From positions 10,926 to 74,925 of the forward strand of contig DASRWT010000044.1 of the NCBI GenBank assembly GCA_035654455.1: DNA of 64,000 bases, given 5' to 3'. The stretch's first letter is position 1. Each line of letters opens with the position of its first letter. Shown here in pieces: positions 1-9,219 of this stretch. The notes beneath the pieces were generated by a model, which had not been told where the DNA came from, searched no databases, and was given only the letters and a program-made list of their open reading frames with translations. Made by a program: the position numbers and the translations under genes. The DNA comes from Candidatus Nitrosocosmicus sp. GTDB lineage: Bacteria > Methylomirabilota > Methylomirabilia > Rokubacteriales > CSP1-6.

Positions 1-1060
1 CGTGACCCGCGTTCCGCGCCACCTGCACGAGGACGAAGGAGAACTCGCCGATCTGGGCCAGGCCCACGCCCACGAGGGCGGCGATGGACAGTGGCTCCCC
101 GAAGAGCCAGACCACGCCGGTCCGGAGCACGGCCTTGCCGGCCACGATGAGCGCGACCAGCACGATGAGGACCGGCAAGTTGTCGAGCACGGTGCGCGGA
201 TCGATGAGGCCGCCCACGGTCACGAAGAAGAGCGCCCCGAAGGTGTCGCGCAGCGGCAAGAGGCGCGCCAGGGTCTCGTGCGCATAGTCCGACTCGCTGA
301 TGATGAGGCCGGCGAGGAAGGCTCCCAGGGCGAGCGACAGCCCGACCGCCTGGGTGAGCGCGGCGGTGCCCAGCCCGATGGCGAGGGCCACCAGGAGGAA
401 GAGCTCGGCGCTGCGCATCCGCGCCATCTGGTTCAGCAGCGGGGGAATCACCCGCGACACCAGATAGAGGAAAGGAACGAGGATGAGGCCGGCCTTGCCC
501 AGCGCCAGCGCAATGGTGACGAAGCGCCCGGGCTCGAGCTCTCCCAGGCTCGGGAGCAAGACCATGAGGGCCACCGCGGCGAGATCCTCGACCAGGGACA
601 GCCCCATCATGATGCGCCCGTGGTGGGAGTGCAGCTCGCCCCGATCGAGGAGGAGCCGCGCCAGCACCATGGTGCTGGACACCGAGATCACCACCCCCAC
701 TGCCAGGCTGGGCAGCACGCCCCAGCCGAGCAGCACGCCGGTGCCGGTCCCCATCCCGATGAACAGCAGCACCGCCAGCGGGCCTCCCAGGAGCGCGATC
801 CACTTGACCCGCATGAGATCGCGGACCGAGAACTCGAGCCCGATGGAGAACATGAGCAGCACCACGCCGATCTCCGCGAAGAGGTCGAACGAGCGCGGAT
901 CGCTCACGGAGGGGCCCGGCGTGAAGGGGCTGATGAGGAGTCCGCCGAAGACATAGCCGAGAATCAGGGGCTGGCGCAGCGCCCACGCCAGCGATCCCCC
1001 CACCACGGCGGCGAGGAAGACGAAGGCGAGATCGGTGAAGACGTGCGGGTCCGAAACCAT
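1..1060 (-). CDS. cation:proton antiporter (CPA2/Kef-type); 3' part runs off the window
   Basis: Not in the ORF track because there is no stop in the window. Reverse-strand ATG at 1060..1058 opens MVSDPHVFTDLAFVFLAAVVGGSLAWALRQPLILGYVFGGLLISPFTPGP...LMFSIGLEFSVRDLMRVKWIALLGGPLAVLLF, a typical Na+/H+-exchanger N-terminus. The listed + ORF 2..1063 is its shadow. Confidence 0.75.
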   Translation of the reverse strand, partial: MVSDPHVFTDLAFVFLAAVVGGSLAWALRQPLILGYVFGGLLISPFTPGPSVSDPRSFDLFAEIGVVLLMFSIGLEFSVRDLMRVKWIALLGGPLAVLLFIGMGTGTGVLLGWGVLPSLAVGVVISVSSTMVLARLLLDRGELHSHHGRIMMGLSLVEDLAAVALMVLLPSLGELEPGRFVTIALALGKAGLILVPFLYLVSRVIPPLLNQMARMRSAELFLLVALAIGLGTAALTQAVGLSLALGAFLAGLIISESDYAHETLARLLPLRDTFGALFFVTVGGLIDPRTVLDNLPVLIVLVALIVAGKAVLRTGVVWLFGEPLSIAALVGVGLAQIGEFSFVLVQVARNAGH

Positions 1061-1197
1061 TGAGGCAATCTAGCATGCGCGGCGCGACGTTCCCTTCACT
1101 CTGGGGCCGCGCGGCGCCTCCGGAGGGGGCTTGCCGCCCCTGGCCGATTGGGTTAGACCTGACCTGCGGGGTCAGCCGGACTCGCAAGGAGAGACCG

Positions 1198-1542
1198 ATG
1201 CCCGAACGCGCAAAAGCCAAGGCCCCCGCCGCCTCGGTGGGTCGTCAGATCAAGGAGCTCGAGGCGCGGCTGGCCCAGCTCGAGGCGACGCTGGCCGAGG
1301 TGCGGTCCGAGGCCGGCAGCTCGAGCGGCGCCACGCGCCTCCGCCTGGAGCGCGTGGCGGAGGCGATGGCCGAGCGGATTGCCGCCACCAGAGCGACGCT
1401 CGGCGACTCCGTGACCCGCGTGAGCCGGGCGCTGTCGAGCTCGCGGGCGCGCGTCGAGCGCGAGGTCTCCGTGCTCACCCGCGGTTTCCGAGCCGGCGTG
1501 CGCGCGGGCCGCGCGGCGTATCGGGCGAAGAAGCGGGGGTAG
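1198..1542 (+). CDS. hypothetical coiled-coil protein (114 aa)
   Basis: Internal ATG of ORF 1060..1542, preceded by AAGGAGA. Ala/Arg/Glu-rich heptad-like sequence IKELEARLAQLEATLAEV. No family recognised. Confidence 0.5.
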   Translation: MPERAKAKAPAASVGRQIKELEARLAQLEATLAEVRSEAGSSSGATRLRLERVAEAMAERIAATRATLGDSVTRVSRALSSSRARVEREVSVLTRGFRAGVRAGRAAYRAKKRG

Positions 1543-1584
1543 AATTCGCTTGGAGGCCTCCCGCGGGAGGCCGACAATACCGAG

Positions 1585-2946
1585 ATGCGCTACGTCCTCC
1601 TCTGCCCCGACGACCTCCTCGAGCACCTCGCCGCCGGCACCACCTTCCCGGGCGATGCGCCGGTATATCTCGTGTCGAGGCCCAGGCTGCGGGCGCGCCT
1701 GGCCCGGTCGGGCGCCTCGGTGGTGGCCGGCGATCCCACGGATCCCGATGCCTACCGAAAGGCGGCAAAGCACCACCGCGGCGCGGTGATCGCGGCGGCG
1801 CCCCCGTCCCGCCTGGCCCGCGCGGTGGCGGCCGCGCGCGAGGCATTCCCGGACGGCCCCGTGCTCGCGGTGACGGATGACGGGCGCGCGGTGCCGGGGG
1901 CCACCACGGTGCCGCTGGGCGCCCTCGGCGAATCGCTCATTCGTCCCGCCCTGGACCGCGCCTGCGGCCGGGCGCGCGTGGAGCGCATCCGCGAGCACTT
2001 CGCGGAAGCGGAGCGGGTGCTCATCCTCATGCAGGACGACCCCGACCCCGATGCCATCGCCTCCGCGCTGGGATTGAAGACCCTGCTGGGCCGCACGCGG
2101 ACCTCGGCGCCGCTCTGCACCTTCGGCACCATCACGCGGCCGGAGAACGTGGCCATGTGCAAGATCCTCGAGATCGAGGTCGAGGAGATCAGCGCGCGCG
2201 AGATCGACCAGTTCGACCGCGTGGCGATGGTGGACGTGCAGCCGTCCTTCCTCGAGGAGCGCTTCGCCGACGTGGACCTCGTGATCGACCATCACCCCGT
2301 GGAGCGGCCCATCAAGGCCCATATCAAGGACGTGCGGCCCGCCTATGGCGCCACCTCCACCATCCTGGTGGAGTACCTCCGCGCCGCCGACGTGAAGATC
2401 AGCCAGCGGCTGGCCACCGCCCTCCTGTACGGGATCAAGTCCGACACCCTCGGCCTGGAGCGCGGCGGCACCAAGGCCGACCTGGACGCGTTCGCGTACC
2501 TCTATCTCCTCGCCAATCACAATGCCATGCGCCGCATCGAGCGGCCGGAGCTGACCGAGACCGCGCTGGACGCTCTCGCCCAGGGGCTGGCCCGGCGCCG
2601 GGTGCTCCATGGCGTCTTCTTCTCCCACCTGGGCGCGGTGGCGGTGGCCGACCTCGTCCCGCAGTTCGCCGACTTCGGGCTGCAGGCCGAGGGCGTGGAG
2701 TGGTCGGTGGTCTCGGGGGTGGTGGGGGGCGAGGTCCACATCTCCATCCGCAACGTCGGCTATGTCCGGAGCGCGGGCGAGGTCGCGCGCGCCGCCTTCG
2801 GCGACCTGGGCTCCGCGGGCGGACACCGCACCATGGCCAAGGCAGTGATTCCTCTCGCGCGTCTCGGCGTCGAGGATGGACGCGGCATCCAGGACCGCGT
2901 GGTCCAGCGCTTTCTGCGCGCGCTGGGCGTCAACGGCAGGGGGTAG
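1585..2946 (+). CDS. DHH-family phosphoesterase (NrnA-like DHH/DHHA1) with extra N-terminal domain
   Basis: Motifs DLVIDHHP (DHH) and GSAGGHRTMAKA (DHHA1 GGGH-like). Confidence 0.8.
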   Translation: MRYVLLCPDDLLEHLAAGTTFPGDAPVYLVSRPRLRARLARSGASVVAGDPTDPDAYRKAAKHHRGAVIAAAPPSRLARAVAAAREAFPDGPVLAVTDDGRAVPGATTVPLGALGESLIRPALDRACGRARVERIREHFAEAERVLILMQDDPDPDAIASALGLKTLLGRTRTSAPLCTFGTITRPENVAMCKILEIEVEEISAREIDQFDRVAMVDVQPSFLEERFADVDLVIDHHPVERPIKAHIKDVRPAYGATSTILVEYLRAADVKISQRLATALLYGIKSDTLGLERGGTKADLDAFAYLYLLANHNAMRRIERPELTETALDALAQGLARRRVLHGVFFSHLGAVAVADLVPQFADFGLQAEGVEWSVVSGVVGGEVHISIRNVGYVRSAGEVARAAFGDLGSAGGHRTMAKAVIPLARLGVEDGRGIQDRVVQRFLRALGVNGRG

Positions 2947-2952
2947 CAGCGG

Positions 2953-3225
2953 GTGGTGGCGGTCTATGTCCTCCTGGTGCTGGTCGGAGCGGCCACCGCG
3001 ATCTTCACCGTCCAGAACACCGACCCGGTGGTGATTCGCTTCATCGGCTGGCGCGTGGAGGGCATGCCGCTGGCCTTGGTGATTCTGCTCTCCCTGCTGG
3101 TCGGTCTCTTCATCGGATCCACCGTAGGCGTGATCCAGCAGCTCCGGCTCCGCGCGCGCATCCGGCAGCTCGAGCGTATTCCGCCCTCCGGCGCGCCGCC
3201 CACGGCGCCGCCGCCGCTGGCCTGA
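2953..3225 (+). CDS. LapA-family / DUF1049 small membrane protein
   Basis: GTG start. Two TM helices followed by a basic LRLRARIRQLE segment. 2-nt gap to mgtE. Confidence 0.6.
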   Translation: MVAVYVLLVLVGAATAIFTVQNTDPVVIRFIGWRVEGMPLALVILLSLLVGLFIGSTVGVIQQLRLRARIRQLERIPPSGAPPTAPPPLA

Positions 3226-3226
3226 A

Positions 3227-4579
3227 ATGGAGCAGGACACCACCGCGAAGCTCGGCGAGACCATTCGCGACCTCCTCGACGGCGGCCGCCACGAGCGCCT
3301 CGCCCAGGTGCTGGAGGAAGCGCACGCCGCCGATATCGCGGCCGCGCTCCGCGATCTCCCCGTCCCCGAGCAGGTCACGCTGTTCCGCCTCCTGAATCGC
3401 GAGCAGGCGGGGGCGGTGCTGTCGGAGCTGGACGATCAGCCCCTGCTCGAGCTCGTGCGCGCGCTGGACGAGGCCGAGATCTCCGGAATCCTCGACCGCA
3501 TGCAGCCGGACGACGCGGCCCAGGTCATCGAGGAGCTCCCCCAAGAGCAGGCGGAGAAGGTCCTCGATCTCATGAAGGAGCAGCAGTCCGAGGACGTCCA
3601 GGAGCTGCTCGAGTACGGGGAGAAGACCGCCGGCCGCATCATGTCGCCCGACGTGCTCTCCGTGCACGAGTACGCCACCGTGGCCCAGGCCATCGACCAC
3701 GTCCGCAAGGCCCCCGCCGCCCAATCCGCCCACTACCTCTATCTGGTGGACGACCACGACCACCTGGTCGGGGTGCTGCCCCTGCGGCGACTCCTCACCG
3801 CGGATCCCGCCACGCCCATCCGGCTTCTCGCCCAGGAGGACGTGGTGACGGTGACGCCGGACACCGATCAGGAGGAGGTGGCGCGCCTCGTCGCCAAGTA
3901 CGACATCGTGACGCTCCCGGTGGTCAACCGCGACCACCGCCTCCTCGGCGCCATCGCGGTTGACGACGTCATCGACGTCATCCGCGAGGAAGCGACCGAG
4001 GACATCCAGCGTCTCGCCGGCGCCGCCGGCGACGAGACGGTCTTCGACTCGCCCTCCGTGGTCTTCCCCCGGCGGCTGCTGTGGCGGTTCATCAACCTCG
4101 CCACCGCCATCCTGGCCGCCTCGGTCATCGGCCTCTTCGAGGATTCCATCAAGTCCCTCGCCACTCTGGCCATCTTCATGCCCATCGTGGCTTCCATGGG
4201 GGGCATCGGCACCACCCAGACCGCGACCGTGGTGGTGCGGGGACTCGCCCTGGGCGACATGACCTCGGCCCATCTCTGGCGGGTGCTCAAGAAGGAGCTC
4301 TGGCTGGGGCTGTCCACCGGCGCCGCCAACGCGGTGGTGATGGCGGTGATCGCCTATGTGTGGAAGGGCCAGCTCCTCCTGTCCCTCATCATCGGGACCG
4401 CGCTGGTCGTCAACATGATGGTGGCGGCGGTGGTGGGAGTCACCATACCCATAGCTCTCAAGATCTTTCGGATCGACCCGGCCATTGCGTCCAGTGTTAT
4501 CATCACGACATTCACGGACGTATGCGGGTTCTTCTCCTTCCTCGGGCTGGCCACGCTGCTCATCAAATTCCTCCTGTGA
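3227..4579 (+). CDS. mgtE: magnesium transporter MgtE
   Basis: N-domain, CBS pair (TAGRIMSPDV..., LPVVNRDHRLLGAIAVDDVIDVI) and C-terminal 5-TM MgtE domain. Confidence 0.95.
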   Translation: MEQDTTAKLGETIRDLLDGGRHERLAQVLEEAHAADIAAALRDLPVPEQVTLFRLLNREQAGAVLSELDDQPLLELVRALDEAEISGILDRMQPDDAAQVIEELPQEQAEKVLDLMKEQQSEDVQELLEYGEKTAGRIMSPDVLSVHEYATVAQAIDHVRKAPAAQSAHYLYLVDDHDHLVGVLPLRRLLTADPATPIRLLAQEDVVTVTPDTDQEEVARLVAKYDIVTLPVVNRDHRLLGAIAVDDVIDVIREEATEDIQRLAGAAGDETVFDSPSVVFPRRLLWRFINLATAILAASVIGLFEDSIKSLATLAIFMPIVASMGGIGTTQTATVVVRGLALGDMTSAHLWRVLKKELWLGLSTGAANAVVMAVIAYVWKGQLLLSLIIGTALVVNMMVAAVVGVTIPIALKIFRIDPAIASSVIITTFTDVCGFFSFLGLATLLIKFLL

Positions 4580-4685
4580 TTCCAGGAGGTAAGAAAGCAC
4601 TTGGCAAGCCCGCGGGCCCTGTGATAAACCTTCGCACGTTGGCCTGCGCCTCACGGGACCGACGGTACCAGGGAGGGCTTCGAGC

Positions 4686-5315
4686 GTGGACGTAGCGCTG
4701 GAAAAACGACAGGTCAAGCGAGCCTACAAGCTGTACGCGCCGGCGTACGATCTGGTCTTCGACTGGATCTTCCATCCCGGTCGCGAGGCTGCGGTCAGGC
4801 TGTGCGACATCCGTTCCGGCCACCACGTGCTCGAGGTGGGCATCGGCACCGGGCTCAATCTTCCCCTCTACCCGAAGTGGAGCCGCATCACCGGGATCGA
4901 TCTCTCCGAGGAGATGCTGCGCAAGGCGCAGGAGCGGGTGCGCGAGCTGGGGCAGACGAATGTGACGCTGCGGGCGATGGACGCCACCGTCATGGAATTC
5001 CCCGACAACGAATTCGACTCGGCCCTGGCCACCTATACCATCAGCGCGGTGCCGGATCCGGTGGGCGTGCTGCGCGAGATGCAGCGGGTGGTGAAGCCGG
5101 GCGGCAGCATCGTGGTGCTCAATCACTTCCGCAGCGACCGGCGGGTGGTGGGGCGCATCGAGGACCTGGTGGCGCCCGTCTGCACGCGGCTGGGATGGAA
5201 GTCCAATCTTCTGCTGGAGCCGCTCCTGGAGCGGGTCGGGCTCACCCCCGAGATCTCCGCCAAGGTCAATCTCTTCAACGGCTGGCGCCTGATCAAGTGC
5301 ACGAACCGGAAGTAG
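4686..5315 (+). CDS. class I SAM-dependent methyltransferase (Methyltransf_11-like)
   Basis: GTG start. Motif I VLEVGIGTGLNL and post-I IDLSEEML. Confidence 0.8.
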   Translation: MDVALEKRQVKRAYKLYAPAYDLVFDWIFHPGREAAVRLCDIRSGHHVLEVGIGTGLNLPLYPKWSRITGIDLSEEMLRKAQERVRELGQTNVTLRAMDATVMEFPDNEFDSALATYTISAVPDPVGVLREMQRVVKPGGSIVVLNHFRSDRRVVGRIEDLVAPVCTRLGWKSNLLLEPLLERVGLTPEISAKVNLFNGWRLIKCTNRK

Positions 5316-5369
5316 CGCCGTAGGCGGCCAACCACCCGAGCCGCCCCCGCAAAGCCGGCGCGTTCGCCG

Positions 5370-6272
5370 CTACTTCGGTCGGGCGAGCCCCATCAGGCTG
5401 ACCGCATCGCGCACCGGATCGTAGTCGGCGTCGGCGGCCTCCTCGAAGCCGTCGATGTTGTAGATGTTCTTCAGCACCGCCGCATGCTCGGGGCCCTTCA
5501 TGGCCAAGAGCGCCGCCTTCACGCGCGCGATCACGTCGGGAGGGAGTCCGGGCCGCGCGCAGATCCCGGCCTCGGGAATGGGCGGCGTCTCGCCCACGAA
5601 GCTCAGCCGGGCGATGAGGGCGGGATCCTTCAGCTCCACCTCGGGAGACTTGTCGAAGGAGGCCGCCGCGTCCACGCGGCCCTGGATGAGCGAGCGCAAG
5701 GCGGACTCGTGCGTCCCCGCGAACAGCGCCTCCTTGAAGAAGGTCCTGGGGTCGCGATCGCGGACCAGCCCCTGCTTGATGAGGAGCATCATCGGGTAGA
5801 TATAGCCCGAGCTCGAAGCGGGATCCACGAAGGCGACGGTCTTGCCGCGCAGGTCCTCCAGGCGCTGGATCCCACTGTCCCTGCGCACGTAGAAGCGCGC
5901 GGTATAGGCGGTCTTCCCCTGCCAGATGTCACGGACCAGGATGAGGCAGCCGGCCTCACGGTTGGCGAGCACGTAGCCCACCGGATGCACGAAGGCCAGA
6001 TCCACCCGGCGACTCCGCAGCGCTTCCACCACCCCCGCGTAGTCGGACGCCACCTGCGCCCGCATCGGCACGCCGGAGAGGCGCGTGATGGTCCGGACGA
6101 AGGCATCGCCCGCCTCCTGGAGCGCGGCGGGGTCGCGCGACGGGGTGAGCGCCATCGTGAGCGGGGCGTCGGCGGCTCGCGCGGGCGCCGGGAAGCTCCC
6201 CCACCCCGGCAGGGTGAGGGCCATCGCGGCGAGGATGATGGCGCAGGGGAGCCGCAACGGGCGGGATCGCAT
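5370..6272 (-). CDS. PhnD-type (phosphonate/phosphite-like) ABC substrate-binding protein, secreted
   Basis: Internal ATG of the artefactual 645-aa ORF. Signal peptide MRSRPLRLPCAIILAAMALTL, then PhnD-like FVHPVGYV...SSSGYIYP. Its start overlaps the stop of the upstream regulator (TGATG). Confidence 0.8.
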   Translation of the reverse strand: MRSRPLRLPCAIILAAMALTLPGWGSFPAPARAADAPLTMALTPSRDPAALQEAGDAFVRTITRLSGVPMRAQVASDYAGVVEALRSRRVDLAFVHPVGYVLANREAGCLILVRDIWQGKTAYTARFYVRRDSGIQRLEDLRGKTVAFVDPASSSGYIYPMMLLIKQGLVRDRDPRTFFKEALFAGTHESALRSLIQGRVDAAASFDKSPEVELKDPALIARLSFVGETPPIPEAGICARPGLPPDVIARVKAALLAMKGPEHAAVLKNIYNIDGFEEAADADYDPVRDAVSLMGLARPK

Positions 6273-7720
6273 CACAGGGCGGTCGCGTCTCCTCGCATGG
6301 CCCCGGACTCGTCGTCGCGGCGAATCCCCCACCCGGCCAGCCGCGCCAGGAGCGTATTCCGGTGCACGCCGAGGCTGCGGGCGGCCCGGCTCTGGTTCCA
6401 GTTTTCCCGCTCGAGCGCGCGCAGGATGTACACCTGCTCGAATCGGTCGCGCGCTTCCTTCAGGGACAACGGAAGCGACTGGGGCGCCCCCGCCGGCCCG
6501 CGCGCCGGCTCGTCGTGGATGGCCAGGTCGAGCGGAAGGTCGTCCAGGCGGATCACCGCGCGGGTGGCCAGGGCCACGCTGCGCTCGATCACGTTCTCGA
6601 GCTCGCGGACATTGCCCGGCCAGTCGTAGGCGGCCAGCGAGGGCAGCGCGCCGCGGGAGATGCCGCGCACGTCCTTCTTGAACTCGCGCGCGTACTTGCG
6701 GATGAAGTGCTCCACCAGGATGGCGATGTCGTCCTTCCGCTCGCGCAGCGGCGGGATCGACAGCGTGGCCACGTTGAGCCGGTAGTAGAGGTCCTCGCGG
6801 AAGGCGCGCGCCCGCACCAGGGAGCGGAGATCCACATTGGTGGCGGCGATCACCCGCACGTCCACCGGAATGGTCTTGGTGCCCCCCAGCCGCTCCACCT
6901 CGCGCTCCTGCAGGGCCCGCAACAGCTTGGCCTGGAGATCCACCCGCAGGCTGCCCACCTCGTCCAGGAAGAGCGTGCCCCCGTGGGCGAGCTCGAAGCG
7001 GCCGAGCTTGCGCGCGTGGGCGCCGGTGAAGGCTCCCTTCTCGTGGCCGAACATCTCCGACTCGAAGAGCCCGTCGGGAATGGCGGCCACGTTGACGGCG
7101 ACGAAGGGCGCGTCGCGGCGGGGGCTCTGGCGGTGCACCGCGCGCGCCACCAGCTCCTTGCCGGTCCCGCTCTCTCCGGTGACGAGCACGGTGGCGTGGG
7201 TCTGCGCCACCTGGGCGATCTGCTCGTAGAGGCGAACCATGGCGGGGTGGCGGCCCACCAGGGAATCGAAGCCGTGGGCGCGATCCAGCTCGGCGCGGAG
7301 ATAGCACACCTCGCGCTCGAGAACCCGCTGCTGCGCCGCCTGCCGCACCAGGAGGTGGATCTCGTCCACGTCGAAGGGCTTCACGATGTAGTCGTAGGCG
7401 CCCGCCTTGATGGCGTCCACCGCGGTGCGCACGTCCGGCACCGCCGTCATCAGGATCACCGCGATGGAATCGTCCAGGGCCAGTATCTTGGGCAGCACCA
7501 CCGGGCCGCGCTCGCCCGGCAGCCGCACGTCGAGCATGGTCACGTCCACACGCCGCGAGCGCACCAGCGCCAGGCCGGCGGCGCCGTCCTCCGCCTCCAG
7601 GACCTCGAAGTCGTGCGTGAGGATCTCCCGGAGCGACTCGCGCACCCCGGGCTCATCGTCGATCACCAGCACCACGGGGTGCGGCCGGTAGACGTGCGTG
7701 GGATCGGGCTCGGCGGACAC
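6272..7720 (-). CDS. sigma54-dependent response regulator (NtrC family bEBP)
   Basis: Receiver domain (VLVIDDE, LDVRLPG), AAA+ domain (GESGTGKE, GAFTGA, ESEMFGHEKGAFTGA) and C-terminal HTH. Confidence 0.9.
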   Translation of the reverse strand: MSAEPDPTHVYRPHPVVLVIDDEPGVRESLREILTHDFEVLEAEDGAAGLALVRSRRVDVTMLDVRLPGERGPVVLPKILALDDSIAVILMTAVPDVRTAVDAIKAGAYDYIVKPFDVDEIHLLVRQAAQQRVLEREVCYLRAELDRAHGFDSLVGRHPAMVRLYEQIAQVAQTHATVLVTGESGTGKELVARAVHRQSPRRDAPFVAVNVAAIPDGLFESEMFGHEKGAFTGAHARKLGRFELAHGGTLFLDEVGSLRVDLQAKLLRALQEREVERLGGTKTIPVDVRVIAATNVDLRSLVRARAFREDLYYRLNVATLSIPPLRERKDDIAILVEHFIRKYAREFKKDVRGISRGALPSLAAYDWPGNVRELENVIERSVALATRAVIRLDDLPLDLAIHDEPARGPAGAPQSLPLSLKEARDRFEQVYILRALERENWNQSRAARSLGVHRNTLLARLAGWGIRRDDESGAMRGDATAL

Positions 7721-7725
7721 GGGGC

Positions 7726-9195
7726 TCAGGGCTCGGACTTGAGCACGACGTACTCGTTCCCGCCGCCGCCCCGCTGGACGTACACGGGCACCACGTCGCC
7801 CGGGCGCACCGCCGTCATGGACTCGCGGAAGCTGTCCACCCCGGTGATGGGACGCCGGTTCACCTCGAGGATGGCGTCACCGGGCCGGATGCCGGCCTCC
7901 GCGCCCGCGCTGCCCGCCTTGACGTCCGTGACCACCACGCCCGCGCGAGCCGAGAGGCCGAAGCGGTCGGCGGCCTCCGCGGTGAGCGGCTCCACGGTGA
8001 GGCCGAGACGCTCCTCGCGCGGCAGGGCCCCCACCGCCAGCTCCTCCGAGGGCTGCTCGCCGATGCGGACCGACAGCGAAGTGAGCCGCTTGTCGCGAAT
8101 CACGGTGAGGGCGGCCGCCTTGCCCGGCTCCACGGCGGCGACGCGCTTCTGGAGGTCGGTGACTTCCTTGATGGGCGTTCCCGCGAACTCCACGATGACA
8201 TCGCCGGCGCGCATCCCCGCGCCCTCCGCGGGCCCGTCCTTCATCACGTCCGACACGACCACGCCGCCGGCGTCCGGAAGGCCGAAGCCCGCGGCGAGGT
8301 CCGGGGTCAGATCCTGGATCACGATGCCCAGCCACCCGCGCACCACGCGCCCGCGGGCGATGAGCTGGCCCATGACCTCGCGCGCCATGTTGATGGGAAT
8401 CGAGAATCCGATGCCCTGGCCGGTGGCGACGATGGCGGTGTTGATGCCGACCACGCGGCCCTGCAGATTGAGCAGGGGCCCGCCCGAGTTGCCGGGATTG
8501 ATGGAGGCGTCGGTCTGGATGAACGCCTCGTAGGTGGCCACGCCCACGCGGGTGCGGCCGGTGGCGGAGATGATGCCAACCGTCACCGTGCGGTCGAGCC
8601 CGAACGGATTGCCGATCGCCACCGCCCACTGCCCCACCTTTAGCCGGTCGGAGTCGCCGAGCTCCGCCACCGGGAGCGAGCCGGGGGGCGCTTCGATCTT
8701 GAGCACCGCCAGGTCGGTCTTGGCGTCCCGGCCCACCAGCGTCGCCTTGAACTTGCGGTCGTCCGACAGCCCCACCTCGATCTCGGTGGCGGTTTCCACC
8801 ACGTGGCTATTGGTGAGGATGTAGCCGCGCGGGTCGACGATCACGCCGGATCCGCTCGCGCGACCCTCGTCGCGGGGGGACCGGCGCCGGAAGAAGCGGT
8901 CGAAGAACTCCTGGCCGAAGAAATCCTTGAAGCGCTCTTCCATCTCCGGGCGATCGGGCACCTCGGACACGGCGGGAGTACGCTTGGACTTGACGTTCAC
9001 GTTGACCACCGCGGGCATCACGCGATCGGCCACGGAGACGAAGGCCGTCTCCAGCGCCTCGAGGATCCGGCCCGGCTCGGGAGTGGCGGGCGCCGGCCGC
9101 TGGGCGGGAGCCGAGGCGGGCGACAGCAGCGACAGCGCGACGAACGCGAGCGTGCCGAGCGCGCCGGAAGTGAAGATCCTACGGACGATGATCAT
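7726..9195 (-). CDS. HtrA/DegP-family periplasmic serine protease with two PDZ domains
   Basis: Signal peptide, catalytic GNSGGPLLN, two PDZ-like repeats. Confidence 0.9.
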   Translation of the reverse strand: MIIVRRIFTSGALGTLAFVALSLLSPASAPAQRPAPATPEPGRILEALETAFVSVADRVMPAVVNVNVKSKRTPAVSEVPDRPEMEERFKDFFGQEFFDRFFRRRSPRDEGRASGSGVIVDPRGYILTNSHVVETATEIEVGLSDDRKFKATLVGRDAKTDLAVLKIEAPPGSLPVAELGDSDRLKVGQWAVAIGNPFGLDRTVTVGIISATGRTRVGVATYEAFIQTDASINPGNSGGPLLNLQGRVVGINTAIVATGQGIGFSIPINMAREVMGQLIARGRVVRGWLGIVIQDLTPDLAAGFGLPDAGGVVVSDVMKDGPAEGAGMRAGDVIVEFAGTPIKEVTDLQKRVAAVEPGKAAALTVIRDKRLTSLSVRIGEQPSEELAVGALPREERLGLTVEPLTAEAADRFGLSARAGVVVTDVKAGSAGAEAGIRPGDAILEVNRRPITGVDSFRESMTAVRPGDVVPVYVQRGGGGNEYVVLKSEP

Positions 9196-9219
9196 GGGAA
9201 CTGGCCTCCGGCGGCCATC

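Noticed and set aside
3226-3226. Riboswitches expected for some genes here: M-box for mgtE, Moco for moaDE, THF/preQ1 for folE/queD.
   Set aside because: The upstream spacers are only 1 to 17 nt (3226, 11297..11313) or are replaced by 4-nt overlaps, which is far too short for an aptamer.
1153-3378. 741-aa minus-strand ORF. Similar very long ORFs are 2..1063 +, 3110..4717 -, 8803..10704 +, 20467..22338 -, 31494..32933 +, 43461..45380 + and 60390..62081 -.
   Set aside because: Their Arg/Gly/Ala/Pro/His-rich low-complexity translations match no family. They lie antisense or out of frame to clearly recognisable genes (DHH phosphoesterase, MgtE, HtrA/TilS, UvrA and others). This is the typical shadow-ORF effect in 70 percent GC DNA, where stop codons are rare.
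5370-7307. 645-aa ORF, and similarly 56794..58695, 57633..59348, 58646..60514, 40224..43109, 22662..24587 and 51052..53082, taken as single genes.
   Set aside because: Only the C-terminal part of each is a recognisable protein. The N-terminal extensions run through the neighbouring gene in another frame. Internal ATG or GTG codons with an SD or with a 4-nt overlap to the upstream stop give proteins of normal family length.
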